A DNA stretch of 64,000 nucleotides from Mytilus trossulus (lineage: Eukaryota): positions 64,790,001 to 64,854,000 of the forward strand of contig NC_086382.1 of the NCBI RefSeq assembly GCF_036588685.1, given 5' to 3'. The notes beneath the pieces are model-generated. The model ran no database searches. It saw nothing but the letters and a program-made list of their open reading frames with translations, and had not been told where the DNA came from. A program made the position numbers and the translations under genes. This document shows positions 12,735 to 26,200 of this stretch, one piece after another. The first letter of the stretch is position 1; every line of letters starts with the position of its first letter.

Positions 12735-12875
12735 ATACCCTTTATAGGCTGATGTTCTGCGTGAGCCATAGCTACGCGTTGAAGGTCGTACTTTGACTTA
12801 TAACGGTATACTTTCACAATTTGTGACTATGAAAGAGCGCCGAAGATTCATTTTGCAATCCACACATCTTCTTTT
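12735..12875 (+). repeat. PLE 3'-terminal remnant
   Basis: GTTGAAGGTCGTACTTTGACTTATAA...GCAATCCACACATCTTCTTTT aligns with 34490-34592 and, in reverse complement, with 43150-43260. Confidence 0.6.
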
Positions 12876-15800
12876 GAATTTGAAACATTATATGAATTCC
12901 TTTTGTATTTGTAAAGTTTTACACCTTCTCTGAATTAAAAGTAATTGATGTCGTATTTCCTGCATGATTCGTCTTTGTGCGGAAGCCTTCCCTTCGACAT
13001 AATTAAATTCAAATTGAATGCTTAAATAAATGAGTCATTTGAATTGCAAACTGAATAATCTGACTGAAGTTTTAAGCAAAAGTTCAGTTTTATATACTAG
13101 TTACGCATTTTAATCCTTGACGGCGAAGAACATTTTCATGGCACGTTTCTAAAGATTTACTAAAGTTGTTAGTATATGCCGTGACGAAATAAAAGGTGTT
13201 TATATTATAAATTGAATGAAGTAGCAGCATGACCGCAATTAATTTAAAACAAAAACAAACCAACAACCAATAGTCTATAGCGAGAAAGATATATATACAT
13301 ATATAATAAAGATACGCGACGTAGTTATACTTATTTTTTTAAAATGTACTTTTCAATAAGTGCTTTGATACAATAAACAACGTAAACATTAATCTTACCG
13401 CTAACACCAATACATAAACACAAAAAGTAATGCAATGAAATGAATAACCATTGCTTCATATATAGTAACTAGTAAATCATGAAGTCATACGTCTTATTGT
13501 AATGCAAGAAGACATTCAACCTTGTAGACTTTGGTTTTAATCAATTTACTAAATCCAAGTCAGACAAAAGTAAATTACACCGGAGTATTGTTACAAAAAA
13601 CATCACAATAAGTGCATATAGGTTACATTCATAGAAATATATGCAGTCAGATCTTTTAAAAATTGCGTGTTTTTTGTTATTTGTGGACAATGCATGTCCA
13701 AAATGTGTTCCGTTTTTAACAGTAGAAACCTGATGAATAAACGTAGACGAAACAAGAAATCTCACTTATTAGTTCCGCATTATGTAGTTGATAGAATGCT
13801 GAAATATTTACTGAATATGTATATGTGTGTTTCCAATTTAAAAATTAAAAGAGCAGATCGTAAATTATTGTGCACTTACGGAGTCAACTCTTATAACAAG
13901 TAAATGAGCTATAATATCTTCCAATGTGTTTTCTTTTGAATTCGAATGAAATGTTGTAGAAAACAACTTACCACAGCTGGTATCAGATGCCGACATAGTA
14001 TAATCCAAGAGTTCATTTGACCTAAAACATATCAAATAGAGTTTTTTTTCACATTTATTGTTACTCCGCTACGACATGCAGTCCACTGAATATAATTTAT
14101 AATTAGCTCACGCTTTTACATCAGCATCACGTAATCAGTTTAAGAACTAAATGAAACTTATGTTTCGTATCTGAAAATATAATTTATATGTAATGTGTTC
14201 TCTGTTTAAGCATTTGCGGTTTTAAGATTTTACGCACAGAAAAATAATTGACAGCAATCAGAACTAAAACATATAAACATCGTCATCACTACGGTCCTAT
14301 ATATACTTTACGTATCAAACTTCATATAGTTTGATTTATACTCATGTCTTTTAGAACTGATAAGCAGAAGGTTTAATTAATTTTTGAGAGGGGTAAAAAA
14401 ACAAGAATCATTCTCTTGAAATGTTGAACGCCCTCAAATCTTGCTATGTGCACTGTTCTTTTGATAGTAGATTCAGAGAATGAGTTTTTGTTTGTAGCAA
14501 CAATTCTATATACCAATATCGAATTCATTTGTGTTTGAATGAGTAACAACGGGTTTCCAGTGTTCAATCGTCGTTAAAAACGTTATTGGATAATCGTCTT
14601 TTTCTGTGATGTAATACTATCAGCATTGTGGCATTACACATGTACAGGAAATGCTCAAATTTCAAAGTCAAAGTTCTGTGCAGACTAACAATTGTAATCT
14701 TTGATTTTAATGATTCTCAAGTATTTCTCTCTAACAGAAACATGTCAATGTGTTTACCACAGTTTATATCGTTATATCGTGTTTTCTGTTTTCATAATCA
14801 TAATTTCTCTAAAGATAAGAGCACTATTTTATGTATTACTATATTGGAATCAGGGTATTTATAACTAATCAACCTGTTAAAATGTTGGTATGATTTTTGA
14901 CAAATGTCATTTCAGCGTAACCAATGTATTAATGTATTTTCATTTGTTTTAATATAATGCATACATAAGTGAAAATTTACTCAGACTTTCGATGTCTGAA
15001 AGTAGCAATAAAACATTGCATCGAAAAATTCGTAAATCATGTTCATTAGACCGAACACATTGTCATTTGATATATTTGGTTTGAATGGCGGAGGTGCATT
15101 CTTTGTGCAGTTTATAATATTTCGCCAAGTAATATTTCAATGATCTTCTTGAAAAAGTATACGTCATTTATGAATTTAAATGACTATGCTGACGGTGTTA
15201 TTCAATACAAAAAATTCATAAGATTTACCTTACTTTTTTCAACCTTTACTAGTATTTAGTTAACTTTAGATTTCTCTACTTCATTAAGTCTAGGTAAAAG
15301 AACATGAAACCAAAACTATTAGGTTGAAAAGTTTTCATGAAACAGATGAAAAAGGGAAAATACTTTTATTGAAGATTAATGAAATAAAAATCATAGTTTC
15401 AATGGCAGCAGTAATAAGAATGCCATTTCAAAGCTTACATCGTCTTACGTTTTATTAGCTAATACAGATAATGACCTTGCCATGATTAATCGGATATTGC
15501 GACGGAATTATTTAAAACGATTGTTTGCAAATTACGACAAATATCCTGATCAGCTTTCGGACTGTTTTAAAGTTTTATTAAAAAAATGTTCATACTTATT
15601 GACTTTGGTCTCTTTTGCATTTAATATTGAAACCTTTCAATGTTAAATAGGAGTTCAAAATGTCTTTTTGTGCTTTTATTGGGAGGTAAAAAAAAATCCC
15701 CGAACACGTTTTCTTTGAACCTCGGAATCTTTGTAATGCTATAACGAAGCTTTTTATTTGTTATTTTATGCATTATCGTCACGTTTTGACTAAGAGCATA

Positions 15801-17789
15801 GGTAATATATACGACGATTTAAATATATCTTTTCGAACGCCTCGGTCAATTAAAATTACAGTTCGTTTGAAACTTATTTCTAATGAAATTATTAAAATTT
15901 GACAAAAATATTGAAACCAACTATTCTACATAATTCTCCAAAACCAAATTAATATTTTTTTTAGAGTTTGGTGATAACAACAGGTGTATTAGGTACTTAT
16001 CTGATTTATTCACAATTGTAATTAATGATGCATTTTCTATAGTAAAACGATCCCATGACAAAGTAAGTAGAAAGGACGATACAGATTTTAAGCCAGAAAT
16101 GCATTTTCAGGAATGTCAAATTGTCAAATGATATTAAACTGAAAAGTGTTGTTAAGTCCTCAACAGGGAGTATGTGTCATGTGAAAATTTAGATGAAAAA
16201 AAAAATGAATATTTTAGCTTTGCACATAATCGATTTAACTTAGATTGTACTATTTACATTTAATTATTGAATCATACATATTAAAAAGGATACTATTAGC
16301 TTATATTCCACTGTTGTTTAATCTGAAAGTTAGAAATCATGTTACTAAATAAAACGCTAAAACACCTACGGTAAACTAAACGCCGACCATTTTAAACGAC
16401 CTGACAGTTGACATGGTTCAGTAATCTGCTTGTATTGTAAATCCCGATTTATATCTTATCGTCCAAAGAAAAGATATAAGAAAACTCTGTTTAAAGTTCA
16501 ACCTCTATTGGAAAACTTTTTTAATGTTTTTATTTATCGTATTGTTCTATATATCTAATTCAGTCACGCAGTGAAAAATCGTGACATACTCGGAAACACC
16601 CTTTGTAGTATAACCTGCTTCTAAACGCATGTGCATGTACGAATAGTATGACCGAACAAGAGAATCAGGTATTAGTGCCAATAAATAATTAAGGAAGAAT
16701 GTTATTTTAAAACGTATACAAAATCATTTAATCTGAAACCATCGAGGAATTTTGTTTCCATGTACATTTATCTGATTAGAGTTTACTTATAAAAAAGAAT
16801 TGCATCTCTTATTGGATTGGCGAGATGAACTCTTATCGGCTACGAAATTAATTCGGTTTATAGATAAAACATATCAGTATGCATGTCTTCAAACTATTCT
16901 GCTGCTCAAAATATAAGATTGTAAGATATACTAGTGTCTGCTTTAAATTGAAAAATGTTTTCATCAATCAAATTTTCAAAACAAAACAAAAAAATGCAAT
17001 TTTATTTATACTGTTAAATTTCATTTTGTTACTAGAAAATACTTTTATTTTATATTGAATCGTACGAAGCCATTCTATTACAGATATTTGTGAAAATGTT
17101 ATATAATGCTAATAAAGATACAGTTTCTGATGTTGGTATTTTACGAAATGTAAATCATGTTAACATCACCCATTGCTAATCAGCACACTTCAAAACCTGA
17201 GAGGCATCATCGATACGTTTCTATTAATGTCGTAAATCTGACAATTTTGTCTATCATAAGGTAAAACAGCATGATTTATCAACGATATATAAGGGAGCTG
17301 TCATATAGGAAGCCGACTTCATTTAGAGAGTAAATAAAATTAGATCTGTCGGAATTCCTTGGTTATATTTTCTAAGTATGAATAAAGTAAAATGTTGATA
17401 TCATTGAAACAGAATACGGACGATACAAAAGTGATAAGACATCTATCAAACATGTAACTTACTAGCGAAGTATCAGACAATAAAAACACGGAACAATCGA
17501 GTTTGTCTGTAGTTTGATATTGACATTTGTTATTCGAATAGGACGATATCCCTCAAAAAGTGGCGTTTTTTGCAGAGCTAGAAGACTTGATTTTGATAGG
17601 CTACTTTTCTCCCTCAAATTCGAAAAAAAAAAAAATGGAAAAGACATGCATATGTATCAAACACGTGAACATGATTCAATAATTCATACAATATCATTCT
17701 GTAAAATAACAATACTTCTATTTTAAACATGTTAAATATGTTTTTCTTCTGTATTGTACTTTTATCAGTGATTTTAATTATGACGAAAG

Positions 17790-17965
17790 TGGTTTAACGC
17801 TGTTTAAAAGTCATATATGGATTGATAGAAAACACATTCCTATTACAAATTAAAGCCAAGGGAAACACATCAATCAATGGAACAACAGAAACACTAACGT
17901 GTTACAACACACACACGCCAACATACATATAGTTACAGACTATACGATTACAACTGCCTTATTCT
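17790..17965. repeat. Dispersed repeat family D copy
   Basis: GCTGTTTAAAAGTCATA...GGGAAACACATCAA...AACAACAGAAACACT...ACGCCAACATACATA...AACTGCC. Confidence 0.6.
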
Positions 17966-20900
17966 TTTTATTTATATTTTGTTTTTGTTTTTGTAAAATT
18001 TGTTTAATTTATTTCCTTATAAAAACAACAAAAACAGTATCATCTGAAAGCTTTCAGTGACATTGATTGATATCAAACTAATATGTACAGAGTAAACACA
18101 TTACCTCAAGAAATATGATACCCTTAATGTTGATTTCTGTACATAGTTTACAAAAATTCTATAAAAACCTCAATTACAAAATCTCCAGTTCAATATTCCA
18201 TTATGTCTTATATATATAGCAAGTCTTTTTGCTTTCAATTGAACAATATACTAATTGTGTTAGATGGTATTCCCAGTGGTTAATTTATATCATATACAGT
18301 TCATACATTTCACTAACACTACACTTATACGCAGCTCAGTATAAAAGAACAAAGACATTTATGATGTAGAGAATTGATTTAATGTAAAAAAGAATCATAA
18401 TCCTTAATAACTTGATAAGACATACATTTGTATCATGTTAAATGAATAACAAGTGATTTTAGATTATGGAACTTGTCTGTAGAGTGTCATAGTCCTGTAA
18501 GATAGTGATACAGATTTGACAGTTAGTTTGTCCTTCTCCAAAATGTTCTCTAAATTCTACGTTGAAAAACTAAGATATTAAAAAGAAATAAAGGTTACTC
18601 TCGAAAAGCAAAACCTTTTTTTCAAGATATTCAGATATGCTCTGTTACTCCCAGTTGTTCACCAATCGTACAAAAACGTTACCGTGAACTGTTTGGGTTA
18701 CACCGTTCCCGATGAAAGTAAACTGCAAAAAGCATCTAGGAAATGCATAAAAGCTCACGTCAAGACATCAAAAATTTTCACATCTGTTTTTTTTTATTAT
18801 TGTATCCACTCCGAGCTGAAGTAAAAAATAAATATCAAAATAATTTGACCATACACATCAAAGTTTGATTTTACACATCAACTTTCCATTTCAGACCTTA
18901 TTTAAATTTACTATTATTATTCCTTCATATTATGTAACTAAATAAATATGTATAACAGTTTGGTTAAAAGGAATACAGACATCAACTTTAGAAAAGTAAT
19001 AATACAGATATTTAAACGAGTAAATTACAAACTCGACACATAATCAGCTTACTTTTCTATCATATTAATTGCTCACAATCAAAAATCGCTATAGATTTGT
19101 ACTGCTGCTTTTATGAAAAGCTCATTTTAAAGTTTGCTTTATCAATTTATGATATAACTTGAATTTTGGACAATTTTGAAGTAAAAGAAAAAAGTCATTT
19201 GGTAGCTGTTGAACTAGTCCACATTTCGAACTGCTCTCGGAAAACCAAAGCAGCCTAGATTCCTACAAACATTACGCAAAATATATTTTAGTGAGGTAAA
19301 CTAACTTATTTGTCCATTGAAACTGTTTTTAAAGTATACATTCTGTTAGTCAAGGATAAGTAGATGTAATTAAAAAAACAATATATGTACAACACACAAT
19401 GCAGTCATGATAGCAATCACATTACTTAAATGAATGTATTAGTAAGTATTTTTAACCTATATAAGATTATTGTAGAGAGACATGATATATATAGTATTGT
19501 CCTTAAGATTTTGAAAAAGTCATATATTCAAAAATATCAATGACTATAATACAGATCAATTAAATTTCAATTTTCTATCGATGTAAGTTTACTATATAAA
19601 CAATTCAGTTTTTTCTTGGTTCATCTGTTACAGATGTCAATATCAAACAAATTCATTTCGAGTGGTATTTATGTACTTTGATGAAATTGTGAAATTGTGA
19701 AATTTAGCAATGTTGTTATTCGAAGTTTTACTTTTTTCAAATTAGAACTAACAAGCGGACATACAAAGGAAGAGGATGTAAACAGCTATAAATCAAAACA
19801 CAGTTGTCAAAGATGAATCATTAACATATGTAGGTTAAAGTGTCAATAGTTCAGATGGGAAAAAACAAACAGTCTTAATTAAGTAAAAGTAATATTAAGA
19901 CAACAGCCATCAATGATTTAAAGAACGTCAGAGTATTAAATGTCACATAAAAATAATGGCGGGCTTAACTATGATGCTGCTTTCAATCTAGGACAGGGTG
20001 TATAGCATCAAAACATATCACAAAATGTAAAAATCTAATAAATTGGATCGAGACAAAGCACATAAACAACGAAAGATAAAAGCACAAAGTAACAATCGGT
20101 CTCCAGCTGTTAAAATCATATCCAAATCAAACAAATTCCAAGTTTCCAATGGAAAATAAATATGGGATGTGATACCATGAACGCCGTGAATAGTCTTAAA
20201 CAATTAATATGGGGGAAAATGATTAATTATAACTCAGTCAACATCTCATCCCATATAAATGTTTATTTTCTGTTTTAATTCAATCAGCTTGATATGTCAC
20301 TGCTCCAAATATGCATTTTACATTTCGACATCTGTTTTGTCACGAATAAAAGATTAATGGTACTTCATGGAGGATGAGATCATCAATCGGAATCGTTTCA
20401 AAATAATTTCGACAACGAAACCTGAATGTGTTCATGACATGTAAACATTTGAGTCAATATATTAACTTTGAGCGGTCAATCTGAAACTTGTTCAATAGAA
20501 AGTTTTCGTTTTGATGTAATGAAGAAAGAAAGAAAGAAAACCGTAATTTTAACTTTATCTATATATATTTTTCTTATATATACCATCAAGAATCCGTGGA
20601 ATATATATTGCAGAAATATGTTATAAAAAAGGTCTAACAAGTTTAGCATGCATTCATGATATAATATCAACTTTTCATGCTTTAGTTGAAATATTAGGTT
20701 TTTTACTTTATTTTTGTATCGCTCTGCATATCTGTGTATATCAAAACAAACATATTTGAATATATTTTGAAGAGAATTTATTGGAAAACCTGTAATAAAA
20801 GGTAAGGAAATGCAAATATGAATAGCAATCTTTTTTCTTAATATATTTACAGTTTTATGGTTCTCTTTGTCATATTGCTTTTTGATGTTTTTGGTCTTTA

Positions 20901-21137
20901 CCATTATAAGTATTCGAGCGTCCCACATTTATGGTAAATCCAGAAAAGTTACTCAGATGTATGAAACTTATTGTTGTTTTAAAGTTTCTTTAACCATTGT
21001 AGACTATGACTGTGCATAGAAAACTACGTTATATGTTGAGACGATTTGCGGGAATGTACTTAATTTACAGTAACCTTCTCTGACTCAAATTGAGTTTTCA
21101 CAATAACTTATTCACTATCAGATATTGGAATGGAATC

Positions 21138-21306
21138 AATAGATATAGGAAGATGTGATATAAGTGTCAATGAGACAACTCTCAATCCAAGTAATAATTT
21201 TTAAAAGTAAAGCATTATAGGTCAAGATACGGCCTTCAATACAAAGCCTTGGCTCACATCGAACAGCAAGCTATAATAGGCCCCACAAATTACTAGTGTA
21301 AAACCA
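21138..21306 (-). mobile_element. Family B short PLE 3'-end copy (~165 bp)
   Basis: GATATAGGAAGATGTG...CAATGAGACAACTCTC...TTACTAGTGTAAAACCA aligns with 43147-43313, 47537-47703 and 61775-61942. Confidence 0.75.
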
Positions 21307-21956
21307 ACCAAGCATATATTTTTTTAAACATTTTACTGTTATTTCCAGCCTGCATTTTCACAAACACCAAAACAAAGCCAATCATTGCCCCTGTGAAAGC
21401 AAGGGAAAATCCACTTTTCGTCCATTGTAAAATATTATACAGATTATTCAAATGTGTCTTAATTACTAGAGCACTAAGTCATATTTATAAGAGTATTAAC
21501 TCTGTCTTCATTCTATCAATTCACATACCAAATAGATTGATAATAATCAAGATCAACATAATATTGCAAACAGGCGAAACATGAAGATATATAGTTTGCT
21601 TCACGTGTTGTTTCTCTTATCGTCAATTTACATTAGGGAAATAAAATACACACTACAAATGTTATCGTAAGAAATCATACATGTTTCAAATCATCATATT
21701 TCTTTCTTCAGAGTTAAACACCAGGAATTAAACGCGAGAGAAAAATAATCTTTTCCACAACAACAGATATGAAACGAAAACACATATGTTGCTTGTTTCG
21801 GCTTATGACAGGTAGTTTACGATTGTTGATAGGTTACACAAATTTGTTACAACTATGATTATACCTTTCCATCATATTATCTAATTGAAAACTACATTAC
21901 ATTTTCAAATATATTTTATTTTATTCATCTTTAAACCAAAAAGATGATCCAAAAAT

Positions 21957-22330
21957 GTTGAACGAGGAATACCGCTTTCTCAAAAAAAGCTAAGACAGGC
22001 CTAGGAATCAATCAAATTAAGATCATTGCTCAAGCAATTTTACGGTCGCCACCATGAGCTGATTGACCACTTTGACAAAAGTGTGTCAGAAATCATATCT
22101 AGTATTCTTCCACAGTCATAATAACCTTCCATCATTACCGAACTAAACAAAGAAATAACACGACGGGTGCCGTGTACGGTGCATGAAATGCTTACCCTTC
22201 CGGAGCACCTGATTTCACTCCCGGTTTGTAGTGGAGTTCGTGTTGTTTCTTATGTATTATTTAAAAATGTTGATGAACATGTCCTTTAGTTATGTGAGTG
22301 TTGGGTTACTCCTTGGTTTTGCTAGTTATT
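21957..22330 (+). mobile_element. PLE family C 3' fragment: RT ORF end plus structured 3' UTR
   Basis: 21957-22121 translates VERGIPLSQKKLRQA*ESIKLRSLLKQFYGRHHELIDHFDKSVSEIISSILPQS*, homologous to NERNLCITEKLLHQGFRYHKLVKTFTKFYHRYKDII of the young element. Confidence 0.75.
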
Positions 22331-22864
22331 CTCATTACCGAACTTGATATCATGACAACTATTTATAGTCCTACTTCAACTGACAAATGATAGATCTCGT
22401 TTACAAAGACGAGATATCAATCCTTACGTATACGTTATTTGTGTAAAATATCTAATGGTTCATCAAAATTAACCTAAATCAATGCCAAAATGTAGACTTC
22501 TGATGGATATAGGAATACAAGCATAACATCGAATAGCAGATTCTGTTTAATAAAGTGTTATATAACAATATATTGTATATATTATAAATTATTGATATGC
22601 TTCCATTTTATTACACAATTTCATTTTATCTTAAAACTTTCACGAAAATCGTTGTCAGGTGTAAAACGTAAAGGAAAACTTCTGTCATTATTTATAACAT
22701 TTCCAAGTCATTAACTAGTGCTTCTTTATCTTCAAAGCGTCATACCTTTATGCGTACACGCATATCAACTACGTTTCATTCTTTAATGAAGAATCAAATA
22801 ATAAATCAAAATTGTCGAACATGGACGGTTAAGAAACAACATGCATGTCGTGCACAAGTTGGTA

Positions 22865-23225
22865 TGACTGAAAAGGTAAAAAGTAAAATTATAAAAATAC
22901 CGAACTCAATGGGCAATTCAGAACGGAAAATGGCAAAATCAAAACTTTAAACACATTTAACGAATGTAAAACAACTGTCATAATCCTGACTAGGTATAGG
23001 AAGTTTATTATGTAGAAAATTGTGGATTAAACCTCTCACTTGTATGACATTCGCATAGAACTGAATAATATTGACAACAATGTGTGAGGAAAATAAAAAG
23101 ACGTAAAGGTAAAACTGTCAAAAATAGGGGTACAGCAGTCAACATTGTAACATGATCGCGATAAGTATTGATTAAAACAAATAGCTGAAACAACAGAAAA
23201 AAACACAATAAGGGATATAGACAAA
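22865..23225 (-). repeat. Dispersed repeat family E (probable PLE 3' UTR)
   Basis: Aligns with 53300-53640 in the same orientation and with 38190-38645 in reverse complement (CTCACTTGTATGAC; AAAAATAGGGGTACAGCAGTCAACATTGT). Confidence 0.7.
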
Positions 23226-26200
23226 GTACATATAAGGCAGAAATTATATACAACAGCAAGTTCTCACTAGATTACATATACTAGTCAATTGCAAGTAACA
23301 TTCATTTTAATTTTTGGGTAAAAAAGCGATTATGGTGAAAGTTAAAATCAGTATTTTTTTTTATATAGAACTTTTATCGGTTTGTAAATCAGCTATGTTC
23401 GTGACTATATATAGGCTTCGATGTTATTTGACAATATATCTTTTTTTTTAAATGAGTTGAAAAGACACAAGACCTTAACACTTTTTTACGATTGATAGTG
23501 TAATGTAATTTATGTGTCACTTCTTAATGCATTACTTCTTGAGATTTGTATAGCCAATCAATCACATTCGAAACGAATTAATACTTTAAAGTATTATGGT
23601 GAAAACATAATATGCTGTAAAATATACATTTTATTTCCGTACTACATGAAATGTATGACGACATTACGACTTGTATGTATTATAATATTATAAAGTTACT
23701 AAACCCATTGGCCAAGTGAAAGCATATCTATCACAGCTTCTTCAATTTTTGTCAGCTTTGATTGACTTCTCAGATATTGGGACAACCACTGAAATACTGG
23801 CTTATGACTGAAGACAGACACATCGAAACTTCAATATCAAATCCGTATATCTTTAAAACATTATAAGTAAAGGTTTCAAGATGTTGGTGTTATTAAATTT
23901 TTGATAAAAAAAATGCTAGTAATGCATTTATTATTTTTAATGAAATCAAAAACGTCGCATCTAACAAGTCATTATATGGTGCCATCGAAAAACTCCGTTC
24001 ACAAAAGTAACATTAACAATGAAAAAAAACAACACTTTACTCATTTATGCCTTGTTCTGGTTCAGCAAAAAGGTTTTGCTTACGGTAAACTGAGGTACCA
24101 GAATCATTTTGAATAACAATTAGCCCTCTCTGAATGCATGTAAATTTGAGATTTTACCGATGTCCGAAATAAATGATACACATACGTCTTAATTGCGAAA
24201 AACAAAATGTTGATATGTAAAGTATAATATACTTAATGCATTCTTTGTTAACTATGGAACATTTTAAAGGACTTTATAAAAAAATACATATATTATAGAA
24301 ACATAAATATATTATCAGACATGCATTAAAAAATTTACAGTTAGTTATGAATCCCTTACTCTTAGTTTTAACCACTTCCATCCAGAATTGTAATAGACGA
24401 AAGTGTTGTATATTGAACTTGTTCATAGCCGTAACATTTATTTTATATGTGTCACTGCACGTGCACGTTAATAAAAAGTAAATATCATTATACAATTGCT
24501 TTCCACAACTCGTTATATCGGATCTATTTTAAGTACATCACAGCGTATTAACATTATTACAGCTTGCTTTATTTACTATTGGATTTTAGGTGAAGATTTA
24601 TTTGTAACTTTTTCACATTTAAAATAATAACCTGATGTGAATCGATTAGAAAAATAGTTTTTTATATAGTCGAAAACATTTCCATGTACATTTTATAAAA
24701 ATGGTTTGTTGATTGTGATATAATGAACTTGCGTTTTCAAATTAAATGTTCATCTACAAATTATTCAAATGTAGTACGCTATATTTATTATAGTCGTCTA
24801 TGAATGTGTTGAGCTCTTGTAAAGTCACGATGACAACAATGCCACCAACTTTTCGTCTATTTGAATTTTTAACTGGTTAAATAAATCATATCGTGCCTCA
24901 TGAAATCATGGAAGTCTACGGAATAGATAAGAAGAAGTAAGAGCATGTCATGATTTGGACAAATAAAATACTGTTATAAAGAGCAGGAAATATGTAATCT
25001 TGATGATTTATGCTCAGCTTCTAAATCACCAGTTATATAACATCGATTTAACAAGTAGATTTAAATTCCATTTGTCCGGAAGATAAACTACTAAGATATT
25101 TAATGCAATAAATACTTTTCGTAAAATTAGTTTTTAAACTTAAAATAGTGTTGATTTTAACAGCCTGATATCACATTAATAAGATAACGTCACTGTCGGA
25201 AAACTCATTCTCTATGATTTAGTTTTTTCTTCAATATCGGTAACACCAAAGACCCTTCAAAAGAATGCAATTTCAATTTTCAATTTGAACTTATAAATAA
25301 GTGATCTGATATACAGGCGCAATTGACCGTCGGAATCTCAAAGTTGATTGGACTGACACAAATAGATTTCGATATGCATGTAAAGTAAATTTAAATCAAT
25401 TAATTTTGAAGGATATTTTTCGTTGGTATAACAGGTATATGAAGATAAAAGAGACAACACGATCGCGCGATTCAAATGTATAACCAAAAAATATCAAATG
25501 CAACACCTGTAAAGTTATATCCTTTATGAATGCATGACTTACGTACAAAATTTCGGTAAACTGGCACATACAAAACCAACGAAATCAAGAAGTATGTACA
25601 CAAGAAGGGACCAATACAAGGTCAGAACAAATCGTGGACAATTATCAATAGAAATACTGCTTTTTCTGTTGTCGTTTTGTTTTAGGAATACCATGCGAAT
25701 TATTATACTAATGCCATAACAAAAGGTTTTGTCCATAAAGAAAAAAAGAGGTTTTAAAATGAAAAAATAAGACCCTATGGCAATGGTAAAGACAAATCAA
25801 CCCATTTACAAACAAAACTATGTGACAAACATTAAGTTAAATGTTTTTCAGTCACTGTTGTTTGTTGCAAAACAAAACGCTTGCTATGTTCTCCAACATC
25901 TTCCTATCTAATATTATCAATTTATTCTCGTTTTGGTTTTAACAAAAACAGAATTTTCGTTAAGGATAGTAATATTTTAATAAAAATGTTGACTAAATTA
26001 TTGATGGTTTTTCGTCTATATATACATTGAATTTCCCTTTCCAAGGCCTTTGGTATTTTTTTCTTTCTTTTAATTAATTTATATTGTGCTAGTTATTTTC
26101 AAGCAGAGAAGGGAAAATTGTAGTAAACACGAATGAGTGTATACTTTCACCACTATGTAATTAACGACGCAGTATTCCAATCCTCATATTTTAGCGTCAA

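Noticed and set aside
13725-13765. CTGATGA...GACGAAAC hammerhead-like spacing on the plus strand
   Set aside because: Stem II (ATAAACGTAGAC) does not pair, there is no stem I or III complementarity, and the retrozyme flanks are absent.
20476-20928. 150-aa ORF
   Set aside because: I/K/F/L/Y-rich chance ORF starting in a repeat remnant, with no motif.
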